NCBI GenBank assembly: GCA_964016885.1
Contig: OZ024740.1
Span: forward strand, 432,822,001-432,886,000
DNA length: 64,000 nt
Source of the DNA: Eledone cirrhosa
Taxonomy: Eukaryota
Direction of reading: 5' to 3'
In this document: positions 43,701 through 58,900 of the stretch, in pieces
How the letters are laid out: every line of letters starts with the position of its first letter
Numbering within the stretch: the stretch's first letter is position 1
The notes under the pieces: model-generated
What the model saw: the letters and a program-made list of their open reading frames with translations, nothing else
Databases searched by the model: none
What the model was told of the DNA's origin: nothing
Program-made: the position numbers and the translations under genes

Positions 43701-46700
43701 AGAACCACAGAATCAGTAAGAATGGAGACTTGATATGGAACAGAACCACAGAAGCAGTAAGAATGGAGACTTGATATGTGACAGAACTACAGAAGCAGTA
43801 AGAATGGAGACTTGATATGTGACAGAACCACACAAGCAGTAAGAATGGAGACTTGATATGTGACAGAACCACAGAAGCAGTAAGAATGGAGACTTGGTAT
43901 GTGACAGAACCACAGAAGCAGTAAGAATGGAGACTTGATATGTGACAGAACCACAGAATCAGTAAGAATGGAGACTTGATATGTGACAGAACCACAGAAG
44001 CAGTAACATTGGAGACTTGATATGTGACAGAACCACAGAATCAGTAAGAATGGAGACTTGATATGTAACAGAACCACAGAAGCAGTAAGAATGGAGACTT
44101 GGTATGTGACAGAACCACAGAAGCAGTAAGAATGGAGACTTGATATGTGACAGAACCACAGAATCAGTAAGAATGGAGACTTGGTATGTGACAGAACCAC
44201 ATAAGCAGTAAGAATGGAGACTTGATATGTGACAGAACCACAGAAGCAGTAAGAATGGAGACTTGGTATGTGACAGAACCACATAAGCAGTAAGAATGGA
44301 GACTTGATATGTGACAGAACCACAGAAGCAGTAAGAATGGAGACTTGGTATGTGACAGAACCACATAAGCAGTAAGAATGGAGACTTGATATGTGACAGA
44401 ACCACACAATCAGTAAGAATGGAGACTTGATATGTGACAGAACTACAGAAGCAGTAAGAATGGAGACTTGATATGTGACAGAACCACAGAAGCAGTAAGA
44501 TTGGAGACTTGATATGTGACAGAACCACAGAATCAGTAAGAATGGAGACTTGATATGTGACAGAACCACACAATCAGTAAGAATGGAGACTTGATATGTG
44601 ACAGAACCACACAATCAGTAAGAATGGAGACTTGATATGTGACAGAACCACAGAATCAGTAAAAATGGAGACTTGATATGTGACAGAACCACATAAGCAG
44701 TAAGAATGGAGACTTGATATGTGACAGAACCACACAATCAGTAAGAATGGAGACTTAATATGCGACAGAACCACAGAAGCAGGAAGAATGGAGACTTGAT
44801 ATGTGACAGAACCACAGAAGCAGTAAGAATGGAGACTTGATATGTGACAGAACGACAGAAGCAGTAAGAATGGAGACTTGATATGTGACAGAACCACAGA
44901 ATCAGTAAGAATGGAGACTTGATATGTAACAGAACCACAGAAGCAGTAAGAATGGAGACTTGGTATGTGACAGAACCACAGAAGCAGTAAGAATGGAGAC
45001 TTGATATGTAACAGAACCACACAATCAGTAAGAATGGAGACTTGATATGTGACAGAACCACACAAGCACTAAGAATGGAGACTTGATATGTGACAGAACC
45101 ACAGAATCAGTAAGAATGGAGACTTGATATGTAACAGAACCACAGAAGCAGTAAGAATGGAGACTTGATATGTGACAGAACCACAGAAGCAGTAAGAATG
45201 GAGACTTGGTATGTGACAGAACCACAGAAGCAGTAAGAATGGAGACTTGATATGTGACAGAACCACGGAATCAGTAAGAATGGAGACTTGGTATGTGACA
45301 GAACCACAGAAGCAGTAAGAATGGAGACTTGATATGTGACAGAACTACAGAAGCAGTAAGAATGGAGACTTGATATGTGACAGAACCACAGAAGCAGTAA
45401 GAATGGAGACTTGATATGTGACAGAACCATGCAATCATTAAGAATGGAGACTTGATATGTGGCAGAACCACAGAAGCAGTAAGAATGGAGACTTGATATG
45501 TGACAGAACCATGCAATCATTAAGAATGGAGACTTGATATGTGACAGAACCACAGAATCAGTAAGAATGGAGACTTGATATGTGACAGAACCACAGAATC
45601 AGTAAAAATGGAGACTTGATATGTGACAGAACCACAGAAGCAGTAAGAATGGAGACTTGATATGTGACAGAACCACAGAAGCACTAAGAATGGAGACTTG
45701 ATATGTGACAGAACCACAGAATCAGTAATAATGGAGACTTGATATGTGACAGAACCACAGAAGCAGTAAGAATGGAGACTTGATATGTGACAGAACCACA
45801 CAATCAGTAAGAATGGAGACTTAATATGTGACAGAACCACAGAAGCAGTAAGAATGGAGACTTGATATGTGACAGAACCACAGAAGCAGTAAGAATGGAG
45901 ACTTGATATGTGACAGAACCACAGAATCAGTAAGAATGGAGACTTAATATGTGACAGAACCACAGAAGCAGTAAGAATGGAGACTTGATATGTGACAGAA
46001 CCACAGAAGCAGTAAGAATGGAGACTTGATATGTGACAGAAACACACAATCAGTAAGAATGGAGACTTGATATGTGACAGAACCACAGAAGCAGTAAGAA
46101 TGGAGACTTGATATGTGACAGAACCACAGAATCAGTAAGAATGGAGACTTAATATGTGACAGAACCACAGAAGCAGTAAGAATGGAGACTTGATATGTGA
46201 CAGAACTACAGAAGCAGTAAGAATGGAGACTTGATATGTGACAGAACCACAGAAGCAGTAAGAATGGAGACTTGATATGTGACAGAAACACACAATCAGT
46301 AAGAATGGAGACTTGATATGTGACAGAACCATACAATCAGTAAGAATGGAAACTTGATATGTGACAGAACCACAGACGCAGTAAGAATGGAGACTTGATA
46401 TGTGACAGAACCATACAATCAGTAAGAATGGAGACTTGATATGTGACAGAACCACAGAAGCAGTAAGAATGGAGACTTGATATGTGACAGAACCATGCAA
46501 TCATTAAGAATGGAGACTTGATATGTGACAGAACCACAGAAGCAGTAAGAATGGAGACTTGATATGTGACAGAACCATGCAATCATTAAGAATGGAGACT
46601 TGATATGTGACAGAACCACAGAATAAGTAAGAATGGAGACTTGATATGTGACAGAACCAGAGAATCAGTAAAAATGGAGACTTGATATGTGACAGAACCA

Positions 46701-49700
46701 CAGAAGCAGTAAGAATGGAGACTTGATATGTGACAGAACCACAGAAGCAGTAAGAATGGAGACTTGATATGTGACAGAACCACAGAAGCACTAAGAATGG
46801 AGACTTGATATGTGACAGAACCACAGAAGCACTAAGAATGGAGACTTGATATGTGACAGAACCACAGAAGCAGTAAGAATGGAGACTTGATATGTGACAG
46901 AACCACAGAATCAGTAATAATGGAGACTTGATATGTGACAGAACCACAGAAGCAGTAAGAATGGAGACTTGATATGTGACAGAACCACACAATCAGTAAG
47001 AATGGAGACTTAATATATGACAGAACCACAGAAGCAGTAAGAATGGAGACTTGATATGGGACAGAACCACAGAAGCAGTAAGAATGGAGACTTGATATGT
47101 GACAGAACCACAGAATCAGTAAGAATGGAGACTTAATATGTGACAGAACCACAGAAGCAGTAAGAATGGAGACTTGATATGTGACAGAACTACAGAAGCA
47201 GTAAGAATGGAGACTTGATATGTGACAGAACCACAGAAGCAGTAAGAATGGAGACTTGATATGTGACAGAAACACACAATCAGTAAGAATGGAGACTTGA
47301 TATGTGACAGAACCACACAATCAGTAAGAATGGAAACTTGATATGTGACAGAACCACACAATCAGTAAGAATGGAGACTTGATATGTGACAGAACCACAC
47401 AATCAGTAAGAATGGAGACTTGATATGTGACAGAACTACAGAAACAGTAAGAATGGAGACTTGATATGTGACAGAACCACAGAATCAGTAAGAATGGAGA
47501 CTTGATAGGTGACAGAACTACAGAAGCAGTAAGAATGGAGACTTGATATGTGACAGAACCACACAAGCAGTAAGAATGGAGACTTGATATGTGACAGAAC
47601 CACAGAAGCAGTAAGAATGGAGACTTGGTATGTGACAGAACCACAGAAGCAGTAAGAATGGAGACTTGATATGTGACAGAACCACAGAATCAGTAAGAAT
47701 GGAGACTTGGTATGTGACAGAACCACAGAAGCAGTAAGAATGGAGACTTGATATGTGACAGAACCACAGAATCAGTAAGAATGGAGACTTGGTATGTGAC
47801 AGAACCACATAAGCAGTAAGAATGGAGACTTGATATGTGACAGAACCACAGAAGCAGTAAGAATGGAGACTTGGTATGTGACAGAACCACAGAAGCAGTA
47901 AGAATGGAGACTTGATATGTGACAGAACCACAGAATCAGTAAAAATGGAGACTTGATATGTGACAGAACCACATAAGCAGTAAGAATGGAGACTTGATAT
48001 GTGACAGAACCACACAATCAGTAAGAATGGAGACTTAATATGCGACAGAACCACAGAAGCAGTAAGAATGGAGACTTGATATGTGACAGAACCACAGAAG
48101 CAGTAAGAATGGAGACTTCATATGTGACAGAACGACAGAAGCAGTAAGAATGGAGACTTGATATGTGACAGAACCACAGAATCAGTAAGAATGGAGACTT
48201 GATATGGAACAGAACCACAGAAGCAGTAAGAATGGAGACTTGGTATGTGACAGAACCACAGAAGCAGTAAGAATGGAGACTTGATATGTAACAGAACCAC
48301 AGAATCAGTAAGAATGGAGACTTGATATGTGACAGAACCACAGAATCAGTAAGAATGGAGACTTGATATGGAACAGAACCACAGAAGCAGTAAGAATGGA
48401 GACTTGGTATGTGACAGAACCACAGAAGCAGTAAGAATGGAGACTTGATATGTGACAGAACCACAGAAGCAGTAAGAATGGAGACTTGATATGTAACAGA
48501 ACCACAGAATCAGTAAGAATGGAGACTTGATATGTGACAGAACCACAGAATCAGTAAGAATGGAGACTTGATATGTGACAGAACCACACAAGCAGTAAGA
48601 ATGGAGACTTGATATGTAACAGAACCACAGAAGCAGTAAGAATGGAGACTTGATATGTGACAGAACCACAGAAGCAGTAAGAATGGAGACTTGATATGTG
48701 ACAGAACCACAGAAGCAGTAAGAATGGAGACTTAATATGTGACAGAACCACAGAATCAGTAAGAATGGAGACTTAATATGTGACAGAACCACAGAAGCAG
48801 TAAGAATGGAGACTTGATATGTGACAGAACCACAGAATCAGTAAGAATGGAGACTTGATATGTGGCAGAACTACAGAAGCAGTAAGAATGGAGACTTGAT
48901 ATGTGACAGAACCACAGAATCAGTAAGAATGGAAACTTGATATGTGACAGAACCACAGAATCAGTAAGAATGGAGACTTGATATGTGACAGAACCACAGA
49001 AGCAGTAAGATTGGAGACTTGATATGTGACAGAACCACAGAAGCAGTAAGAATGGAGACTTGATATGTAACAGAACCACAGAAGCAGTAAGAATGGAGAC
49101 TTGGTATGTGACAGAACCACAGAAGCAGTAAGAATGGAGACTTGATATGTGACAGAACCACAGAATCAGTAAGAATGGAGACTTGGTATGTGACAGAACC
49201 ACATAAGCAGTAAGAATGGAGACTTGATATGTGACAGAACCACAGAAGCAGTAAGAATGGAGACTTGGTATGTGACAGAACAACAGAAGCAGTAAGAATG
49301 GAGACTTGATATGTGACAGAACCACAGAATCAGTAAAAATGGAGACTTGATATGCGACAGAACCACATAAGCAATAAGAATGGAGACTTGATATGTGACA
49401 GAACCACACAATCAGTAAGAATGGAGACTTGATATGTGACAGAACCACAGAAGCAGTAAGAATGGAGACTTGATATGTGACAGAACCACAGAATCAGTAA
49501 GAATGGAGACTTGATATGTGACAGAACCACATAAGCAGTAAGAATGGAGACTTGATATTTGACAGAACCACATAAGCAGTAAGAATGGAGACTTGATATG
49601 TGACAGAACCATACAATCAGTAAGAATGGAGACTTGATATGTGACAGAACCACAGAAGCAGTAAGAATGGAGACTTGATATGTGACAGAACCATGCAATC

Positions 49701-52700
49701 ATTAAGAATGGAGACTTGATATGTGACAGAACCACAGAATCAGTAAGAATGGAGACTTGATATGTGACAGAACCACAGAATCAGTAAAAATGGAGACTTG
49801 ATATGTGACAGAACCACAGAAGCAGTAAGAATGGAGACTTGATATGTGACAGAACCACAGAAGCACTAAGAATGGAGACTTGATATGTGACAGAACCACA
49901 GAAGCACTAAGAATGGAGACTTGATATGTGACAGAACCACAGAAGCAGTAAGAATGGAGACTTGATATGTGACAGAACCACACAATCAGTAATAATGGAG
50001 ACTTAATATGTGACAGAACCACAGAAGCAGTAAGAATGGAGACTTGATATGTGACAGAACCACAGAAGCAGTAAGAATGGAGACTTGATATGTGACAGAA
50101 CCACAGAATCAGTAAGAATGGAGACTTAATATGTGACAGAACCACAGAAGCAGTAAGAATGGAGACTTGATATGTGACAGAACTACAGAAGCAGTAAGAA
50201 TGGAGACTTGATATGTGACAGAACCACAGAAGCAGTAAGAATGGAGACTTGATATGTGACAGAAACACACAATCAGTAAGAATGGAGACTTGATATGTGA
50301 CAGAACCACAGAAGCACTAAGAATGGAGACTTGATATGTGACAGAACCACACAATCAGTAAGAATGGAGACTTGATATGTGACAGTACCACAGAATCAGT
50401 AAGAATGGAGACTTGATATGTGACAGAACTACAGAAGCAGTAAGAATGGAGACTTGATATGTGACAGAACCACAGAATCAGTAAGAATGGAGACTTGATA
50501 TGTGACAGAACTACAGAAGCAGTAAGAATGGAGACTTGATATGTGACAGAACCACACAAGCAGTAAGAATGGAGACTTGATATGTGACAGAACCACAGAA
50601 GCAGTAAGAATGGAGACTTGGTATGTGACAGAACCACAGAATCAGTAAGAATGGAGACTTGATATATGACAGAACCACAGAAGCAGTAACATTGGAGACT
50701 TGATATGTGACAGAACCACAGAATCAGTAAGAATGGAGACTTGATATGTAACAGAACCACAGAAGCAGTAAGAATGGAGACTTGGTATGTGACAGAACCA
50801 CAGAAGCAGTAAGAATGGAGACTTGATATGTGACAGAACCACAGAATCAGTAAGAATGGAGACTTGGTATGTGACAGAACCACATAAGCAGTAAGAATGG
50901 AGACTTGATATGTGACAGAACCACAGAAGCAGTAAGAATGGAGACTTGGTATGTGACAGAACCACAGAAGCAGTAAGAATGGAGACTTGATATGTGACAG
51001 AACCACAGAATCAGTAAAAATGGAGACTTGATATGTGACAGAACCACATAAGCAGTAAGAATGGAGACTTGATATGTGACAGAACCACACAATCAGTAAG
51101 AATGGAGATTTAATATGCGACAGAACCATAGAAGCAGTAAGAATGGAGACTTGATATGTGACAGAACCACAGAAGCAGTAAGAATGGAGACTTGATATGT
51201 GACAGAACGACAGAAGCAGTAAGAATGGAGACTTGATATGTGACAGAACCACAGAATCAGTAAGAATGGAGACTTGGTATGTGACAGAACAACAGAAGCA
51301 GTAAGAATGGAGACTTGATATGTGACAGAACCACAGAATCAGTAAGAATGGAGACTTGATATGTAACAGAACCACAGAATCAGTAAGAATGGAGACTTGA
51401 TATGTGACAGAACCACAGAATCAGTAAGAATGGAGACTTGATATGGAACAGAACCACAGAAGCAGTAAGAATGGAGACTTGGTATGTGACAGAACCACAG
51501 AATCAGTAAGAATGGAGACTTGATATGTGACAGAACCACAGAAGCAGTAAGAATGGAGACTTGATATGGGACAGAACCACAGAAGCAGTAAGAATGGAGA
51601 CTTGATATGTGACAGAACCACAGAATCAGTAAGAATGGAGACTTAATATGTGACAGAACCACAGAAGCAGTAAGAATGGAGACTTGATATGTGACAGAAC
51701 TACAGAAGCAGTAAGAATGGAGACTTGATATGTGACAGAACCACAGAAGCAGTAAGAATGGAGACTTGATATGTGACAGAAACACACAATCAGTAAGAAT
51801 GGAGACTTGATATGTGACAGAACCACACAATCAGTAAGAATGGAAACTTGATATGTGACAGAACCACACAATCAGTAAGAATGGAGACTTGATATGTGAC
51901 AGAACCACACAATCAGTAAGAATGGAGACTTGATATGTGACAGAACTACAGAAACAGTAAGAATGGAGACTTGATATGTGACAGAACCACAGAATCAGTA
52001 AGAATGGAGACTTGATATGTGACAGAACTACAGAAGCAGTAAGAATGGAGACTTGATATGTGACAGAACCACACAAGCAGTAAGAATGGAGACTTGATAT
52101 GTGACAGAACCACAGAAGCAGTAAGAATGGAGACTTGGTATGTGACAGAACCACAGAAGCAGTAAGAATGGAGACTTGATATGTGACAGAACCACAGAAT
52201 CAGTAAGAATGGAGACTTGGTATGTGACAGAACCACAGAAGCAGTAAGAATGGAGACTTGATATGTGACAGAACCACAGAATCAGTAAGAATGGAGACTT
52301 GGTATGTGACAGAACCACATAAGCAGTAAGAATGGAGACTTGATATGTGACAGAACCACAGAAGCAGTAAGAATGGAGACTTGGTATGTGACAGAACCAC
52401 AGAAGCAGTAAGAATGGAGACTTGATATGTGACAGAACCACAGAATCAGTAAAAATGGAGACTTGATATGTGACAGAACCACATAAGCAGTAAGAATGGA
52501 GACTTGATATGTGACAGAACCACACAATCAGTAAGAATGGAGACTTAATATGCGACAGAACCACAGAAGCAGTAAGAATGGAGACTTGATATGTGACAGA
52601 ACCACAGAAGCAGTAAGAATGGAGACTTCATATGTGACAGAACGACAGAAGCAGTAAGAATGGAGACTTGATATGTGACAGAACCACAGAATCAGTAAGA

Positions 52701-52740
52701 ATGGAGACTTGATATGGAACAGAACCACAGAAGCAGTAAG
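34735..52740. repeat. Tandem ~9-kb duplication: ~34735-43760 and ~43760-52740; offset 9,020 bp (220 monomers), then 8,979 bp (219) after a one-monomer difference near 45.25 kb
   Basis: ORF-track pairs 34767/43787, 35554/44574 and 36005/45025 share offset 9,020. Markers at offset 8,979: ACAGACGC 37398/46377, AGAGAATC 37681/46660, GATATTTG 40580/49559. Confidence 0.9.
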
Positions 52741-55700
52741 AATGGAGACTTGGTATGTGACAGAACCACAGAAGCAGTAAGAATGGAGACTTGATATGTA
52801 ACAGAACCACAGAATCAGTAAGAATGGAGACTTGATATGTGACAGAACCACAGAATCAGTAAGAATGGAGACTTGATATGGAACAGAACCACAGAAGCAG
52901 TAAGAATGGAGACTTGGTATGTGACAGAACCACAGAAGCAGTAAGAATGGAGACTTGATATGTGACAGAACCACAGAAGCAGTAAGAATGGAGACTTGAT
53001 ATGTAACAGAACCACAGAATCAGTAAGAATGGAGACTTGATATGTGACAGAACCACAGAATCAGTAAGAATGGAGACTTGATATGTGACAGAACCACACA
53101 AGCAGTAAGAATGGAGACTTGATATGTAACAGAACCACAGAAGCAGTAAGAATGGAGACTTGATATGTGACAGAACCACAGAAGCAGTAAGAATGGAGAC
53201 TTGATATGTGACAGAACCACAGAAGCAGTAAGAATGGAGACTTAATATGTGACAGAACCACAGAATCAGTAAGAATGGAGACTTAATATGTGACAGAACC
53301 ACAGAAGCAGTAAGAATGGAGACTTGATATGTGACAGAACCACAGAATCAGTAAGAATGGAGACTTGATATGTGACAGAACTACAGAAGCAGTAAGAATG
53401 GAGACTTGATATGTGACAGAACCACAGAATCAGTAAGAATGGAAACTTGATATGTGACAGAACCACAGAATCAGTAAGAATGGAGACTTGATATGTGACA
53501 GAACCACAGAAGCAGTAAGATTGGAGACTTGATATGTGACAGAACCACAGAAGCAGTAAGAATGGAGACTTGATATGTAACAGAACCACAGAAGCAGTAA
53601 GAATGGAGACTTGGTATGTGACAGAACCACAGAAGCAGTAAGAATGGAGACTTGATATGTGACAGAACCACAGAATCAGTAAGAATGGAGACTTGGTATG
53701 TGACAGAACCACATAAGCAGTAAGAATGGAGACTTGATATGTGACAGAACCACAGAAGCAGTAAGAATGGAGACTTGGTATGTGACAGAACAACAGAAGC
53801 AGTAAGAATGGAGACTTGATATGTGACAGAACCACAGAATCAGTAAAAATGGAGACTTGATATGCGACAGAACCACATAAGCAATAAGAATGGAGACTTG
53901 ATATGTGACAGAACCACACAATCAGTAAGAATGGAGACTTGATATGTGACAGAACCACAGAAGCAGTAAGAATGGAGACTTGATATGTGACAGAACCACA
54001 GAATCAGTAAGAATGGAGACTTGATATGTGACAGAACCACATAAGCAGTAAGAATGGAGACTTGATATTTGACAGAACCACATAAGCAGTAAGAATGGAG
54101 ACTTGATATGTGACAGAACCATACAATCAGTAAGAATGGAGACTTGATATGTGACAGAACCACAGAAGCAGTAAGAATGGAGACTTGATATGTGACAGAA
54201 CCATGCAATCATTAAGAATGGAGACTTGATATGTGACAGAACCACAGAATCAGTAAGAATGGAGACTTGATATGTGACAGAACCACAGAATCAGTAAAAA
54301 TGGAGACTTGATATGTGACAGAACCACAGAAGCAGTAAGAATGGAGACTTGATATGTGACAGAACCACAGAAGCACTAAGAATGGAGACTTGATATGTGA
54401 CAGAACCACAGAAGCACTAAGAATGGAGACTTGATATGTGACAGAACCACAGAAGCAGTAAGAATGGAGACTTGATATGTGACAGAACCACACAATCAGT
54501 AATAATGGAGACTTAATATGTGACAGAACCACAGAAGCAGTAAGAATGGAGACTTGATATGTGACAGAACCACAGAAGCAGTAAGAATGGAGACTTGATA
54601 TGTGACAGAACCACAGAATCAGTAAGAATGGAGACTTAATATGTGACAGAACCACAGAAGCAGTAAGAATGGAGACTTGATATGTGACAGAACTACAGAA
54701 GCAGTAAGAATGGAGACTTGATATGTGACAGAACCACAGAAGCAGTAAGAATGGAGACTTGATATGTGACAGAAACACACAATCAGTAAGAATGGAGACT
54801 TGATATGTGACAGAACCACAGAAGCACTAAGAATGGAGACTTGATATGTGACAGAACCACACAATCAGTAAGAATGGAGACTTGATATGTGACAGAACCA
54901 CAGAATCAGTAAGAATGGAGACTTGATATGTGACAGAACTACAGAAGCAGTAAGAATGGAGACTTGATATGTGACAGAACCACAGAATCAGTAAGAATGG
55001 AGACTTGATATGTGACAGAACTACAGAAGCAGTAAGAATGGAGACTTGATATGTGACAGAACCACACAAGCAGTAAGAATGGAGACTTGATATGTGACAG
55101 AACCACAGAAGCAGTAAGAATGGAGACTTGGTATGTGACAGAACCACAGAATCAGTAAGAATGGAGACTTGATATGTGACAGAACCACAGAAGCAGTAAC
55201 ATTGGAGACTTGATATGTGACAGAACCACAGAATCAGTAAGAATGGAGACTTGATATGTAACAGAACCACAGAAGCAGTAAGAATGGAGACTTGGTATGT
55301 GACAGAACCACAGAAGCAGTAAGAATGGAGACTTGATATGTGACAGAACCACAGAATCAGTAAGAATGGAGACTTGGTATGTGACAGAACCACATAAGCA
55401 GTAAGAATGGAGACTTGATATGTGACAGAACCACAGAAGCAGTAAGAATGGAGACTTGGTATGTGACAGAACCACAGAAGCAGTAAGAATGGAGACTTGA
55501 TATGTGACAGAACCACAGAATCAGTAAAAATGGAGACTTGATATGTGACAGAACCACATAAGCAGTAAGAATGGAGACTTGATATGTGACAGAACCACAC
55601 AATCAGTAAGAATGGAGACTTAATATGCGACAGAACCATAGAAGCAGTAAGAATGGAGACTTGATATGTGACAGAACCACAGAAGCAGTAAGAATGGAGA

Positions 55701-55990
55701 CTTGATATGTGACAGAACGACAGAAGCAGTAAGAATGGAGACTTGATATGTGACAGAACCACAGAATCAGTAAGAATGGAGACTTGATATGGAACAGAAC
55801 CACAGAAGCAGTAAGAATGGAGACTTGGTATGTGACAGAACCACAGAAGCAGTAAGAATGGAGACTTGATATGTAACAGAACCACAGAATCAGTAAGAAT
55901 GGAGACTTGATATGTGACAGAACCACAGAATCAGTAAGAATGGAGACTTGATATGGAACAGAACCACAGAAGCAGTAAGAATGGAGACTT
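47028..55990. repeat. Tandem duplication with 4,510-bp (110-monomer) period: 47028-51537 and 51538-~55990; an upstream copy lies at 38049-42558
   Basis: Markers at offset 4,510: CTTCATATG 48119/52629, AACAACAG 49282/53792, GATATTTG 49559/54069. Confidence 0.9.
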
Positions 55991-58900
55991 AATATGTGAC
56001 AGAACCACAGAAGCAGTAAGAATGGAGACTTGATATGTGACAGAACCACAGAAGCAGTAAGAATGGAGACTTGATATGTGACAGAACCACAGAAGCAGTA
56101 AGAATGGAGACTTGATATGTAACAGAACCACAGAATCAGTAAGAATGGAGACTTGATATGTGACAGAACCACAGAAGCAGTAAGAATGGAGACTTGATAT
56201 GTGACAGAACCACAGAAGCAGTAAGAATGGAGACTTAATATGTGACAGAACCACAGAATCAGTAAGAATGGAGACTTAATATGTGACAGAACCACAGAAG
56301 CAGTAAGAATGGAGACTTGATATGTGACAGAACCACAGAATCAGTAAGAATGGAGACTTGATATGTGACAGAACTACAGAAGCAGTAAGAATGGAGACTT
56401 GATATGTGACAGAACCACAGAATCAGTAAGAATGGAGACTTGATATGTGACAGAACCACACAATCAGTAAGAATGGAGACTTGATATGTGACAGAACCAC
56501 AGAAGCAGTAAGATTGGAGACTTGATATGTGACAGAACCACAGAAGCAGTAAGAATGGAGACTTGATATGTAACAGAACCACAGAAGCAGTAAGAATGGA
56601 GACTTGGTATGTGACAGAACCACAGAAGCAGTAAGAATGGAGACTTGATATGTGACAGAACCACAGAATCAGTAAGAATGGAGACTTGGTATGTGACAGA
56701 ACCACATAAGCAGTAAGAATGGAGACTTGATATGTGACAGAACCACAGAAGCAGTAAGAATGGAGACTTGGTATGTGACAGAACAACAGAAGCAGTAAGA
56801 ATGGAGACTTGATATGTGACAGAACCACAGAATCAGTAAAAATGGAGACTTGATATGTGACAGAACCACATAAGCAATAAGAATGGAGACTTGATATGTG
56901 ACAGAACCACACAATCAGTAAGAATGGAGACTTGATATGTGACAGAACCACAGAAGCAGTAAGAATGGAGACTTGATATGTGACAGAACCACAGAATCAG
57001 TAAGAATGGAGACTTGATATGTGAGAGAACCACATAAGCAGTAAGAATGGAGACTTGATATGTGACAGAACCACATAAGCAGTAAGAATGGAGACTTGAT
57101 ATGTGACAGAACCATACAATCAGTAAGAATGGAGACTTGATATGTGACAGAACCACAGAAGCAGTAAGAATGGAGACTTGATATGTGACAGAACCATGCA
57201 ATCATTAAGAATGGAGACTTGATATGTGACAGAACCACAGAATCAGTAAGAATGGAGACTTGATATGTGACAGAACCACAGAATCAGTAAAAATGGAGAC
57301 TTGATATGTGACAGAACCACAGAAGCAGTAAGAATGGAGACTTGATATGTGACAGAACCACAGAAGCACTAAGAATGGAGACTTGATATGTGACAGAACC
57401 ACAGAAGCACTAAGAATGGAGACTTGATATGTGACAGAACCACAGAAGCAGTAAGAATGGAGACTTGATATGTGACAGAACCACAGAATCAGTAATAATG
57501 GAGACTTGATATGTGACAGAACCACAGAAGCAGTAAGAATGGAGACTTGATATGTGACAGAACCACACAATCAGTAAGAATGGAGACTTAATATGTGACA
57601 GAACCACAGAAGCAGTAAGAATGGAGACTTGATATGTGACAGAACCACAGAAGCACTAAGAATGGAGACTTGATATGTGACAGAACCACAGAAGCAGTAA
57701 GAATGGAGACTTGATATGTGACAGAACTACAGAAGCAGTAAGAATGGAGACTTGATATGTGACAGAACCACAGAAGCAGTAAGAATGGAGACTTGATATG
57801 TGACAGAAACACACAATCAGTAAGAATGGAGACTTGATATGTGACAGAACCACAGAAGCACTAAGAATGGAGACTTGGTATGTGACAGAACCACAGAAGC
57901 AGTAAGAATGGAGACTTGATATGTGACAGAACCACAGAATCAGTAAAAATGGAGACTTGATATGTGACAGAACCACATAAGCAGTAAGAATGGAGACTTG
58001 ATATGTGACAGAACCACACAATCAGTAAGAATGGAGACTTGATATGTAACAGAACCACAGAACCAGTAAGAATGGAGACTTGATATGTGACAGAACCACA
58101 CAAGCAGTAAGAATGGAGACTTGATATGTGACAGAACCACAGAAGCAGTAAGAATGGAGACATGATATGTGACAGAACCACAGAAGCAGTAAGAATGGAG
58201 ACTTGATATGTGACAGAACCACAGAAGCAGTAAGAATGGAGACTTGATATGAGACAGAACCACAGAAGCAGTAAGGATGGAGACTTGATATGTGACAGAA
58301 CCACAGAAGCAGTAAGAATGGAGACTTGATATGTGACAGAACCACAGAAGCAGTAAGAATGGAGACTTGATATGTGACAGAACCACACAATCAGTAAGAA
58401 TGGAGACTTAATATGTGACAGAACCACAGAAGCAGTAAGATTGGAGACTTGATATGTGACAGAACCACAGAAGCAGTAAGAATGGAGACTTGATATGTAA
58501 CAGAACCACAGAAGCAGTAAGAATGGAGACTTGGTATGTGACAGAACCACAGAAGCAGTAAGAATGGAGACTTGATATGTGACAGAACCACAGAATCAGT
58601 AAGAATGGAGACTTGGTATGTGACAGAACCACATAAGCAGTAAGAATGGAGACTCGATATGTGACAGAACCACAGAAGCAGTAAGAATGGAGACTTGGTA
58701 TGTGACAGAACAACAGAAGCAGTAAGAATGGAGACTTGATATGTGACAGAACCACAGAATCAGTAAAAATGGAGACTTGATATGTGACAGAACCACATAA
58801 GCAATAAGAATGGAGACTTGATATGTGACAGAACCACACAATCAGTAAGAATGGAGACTTGATATGTGACAGAACCACAGAAGCAGAAAGAATGGAGACT

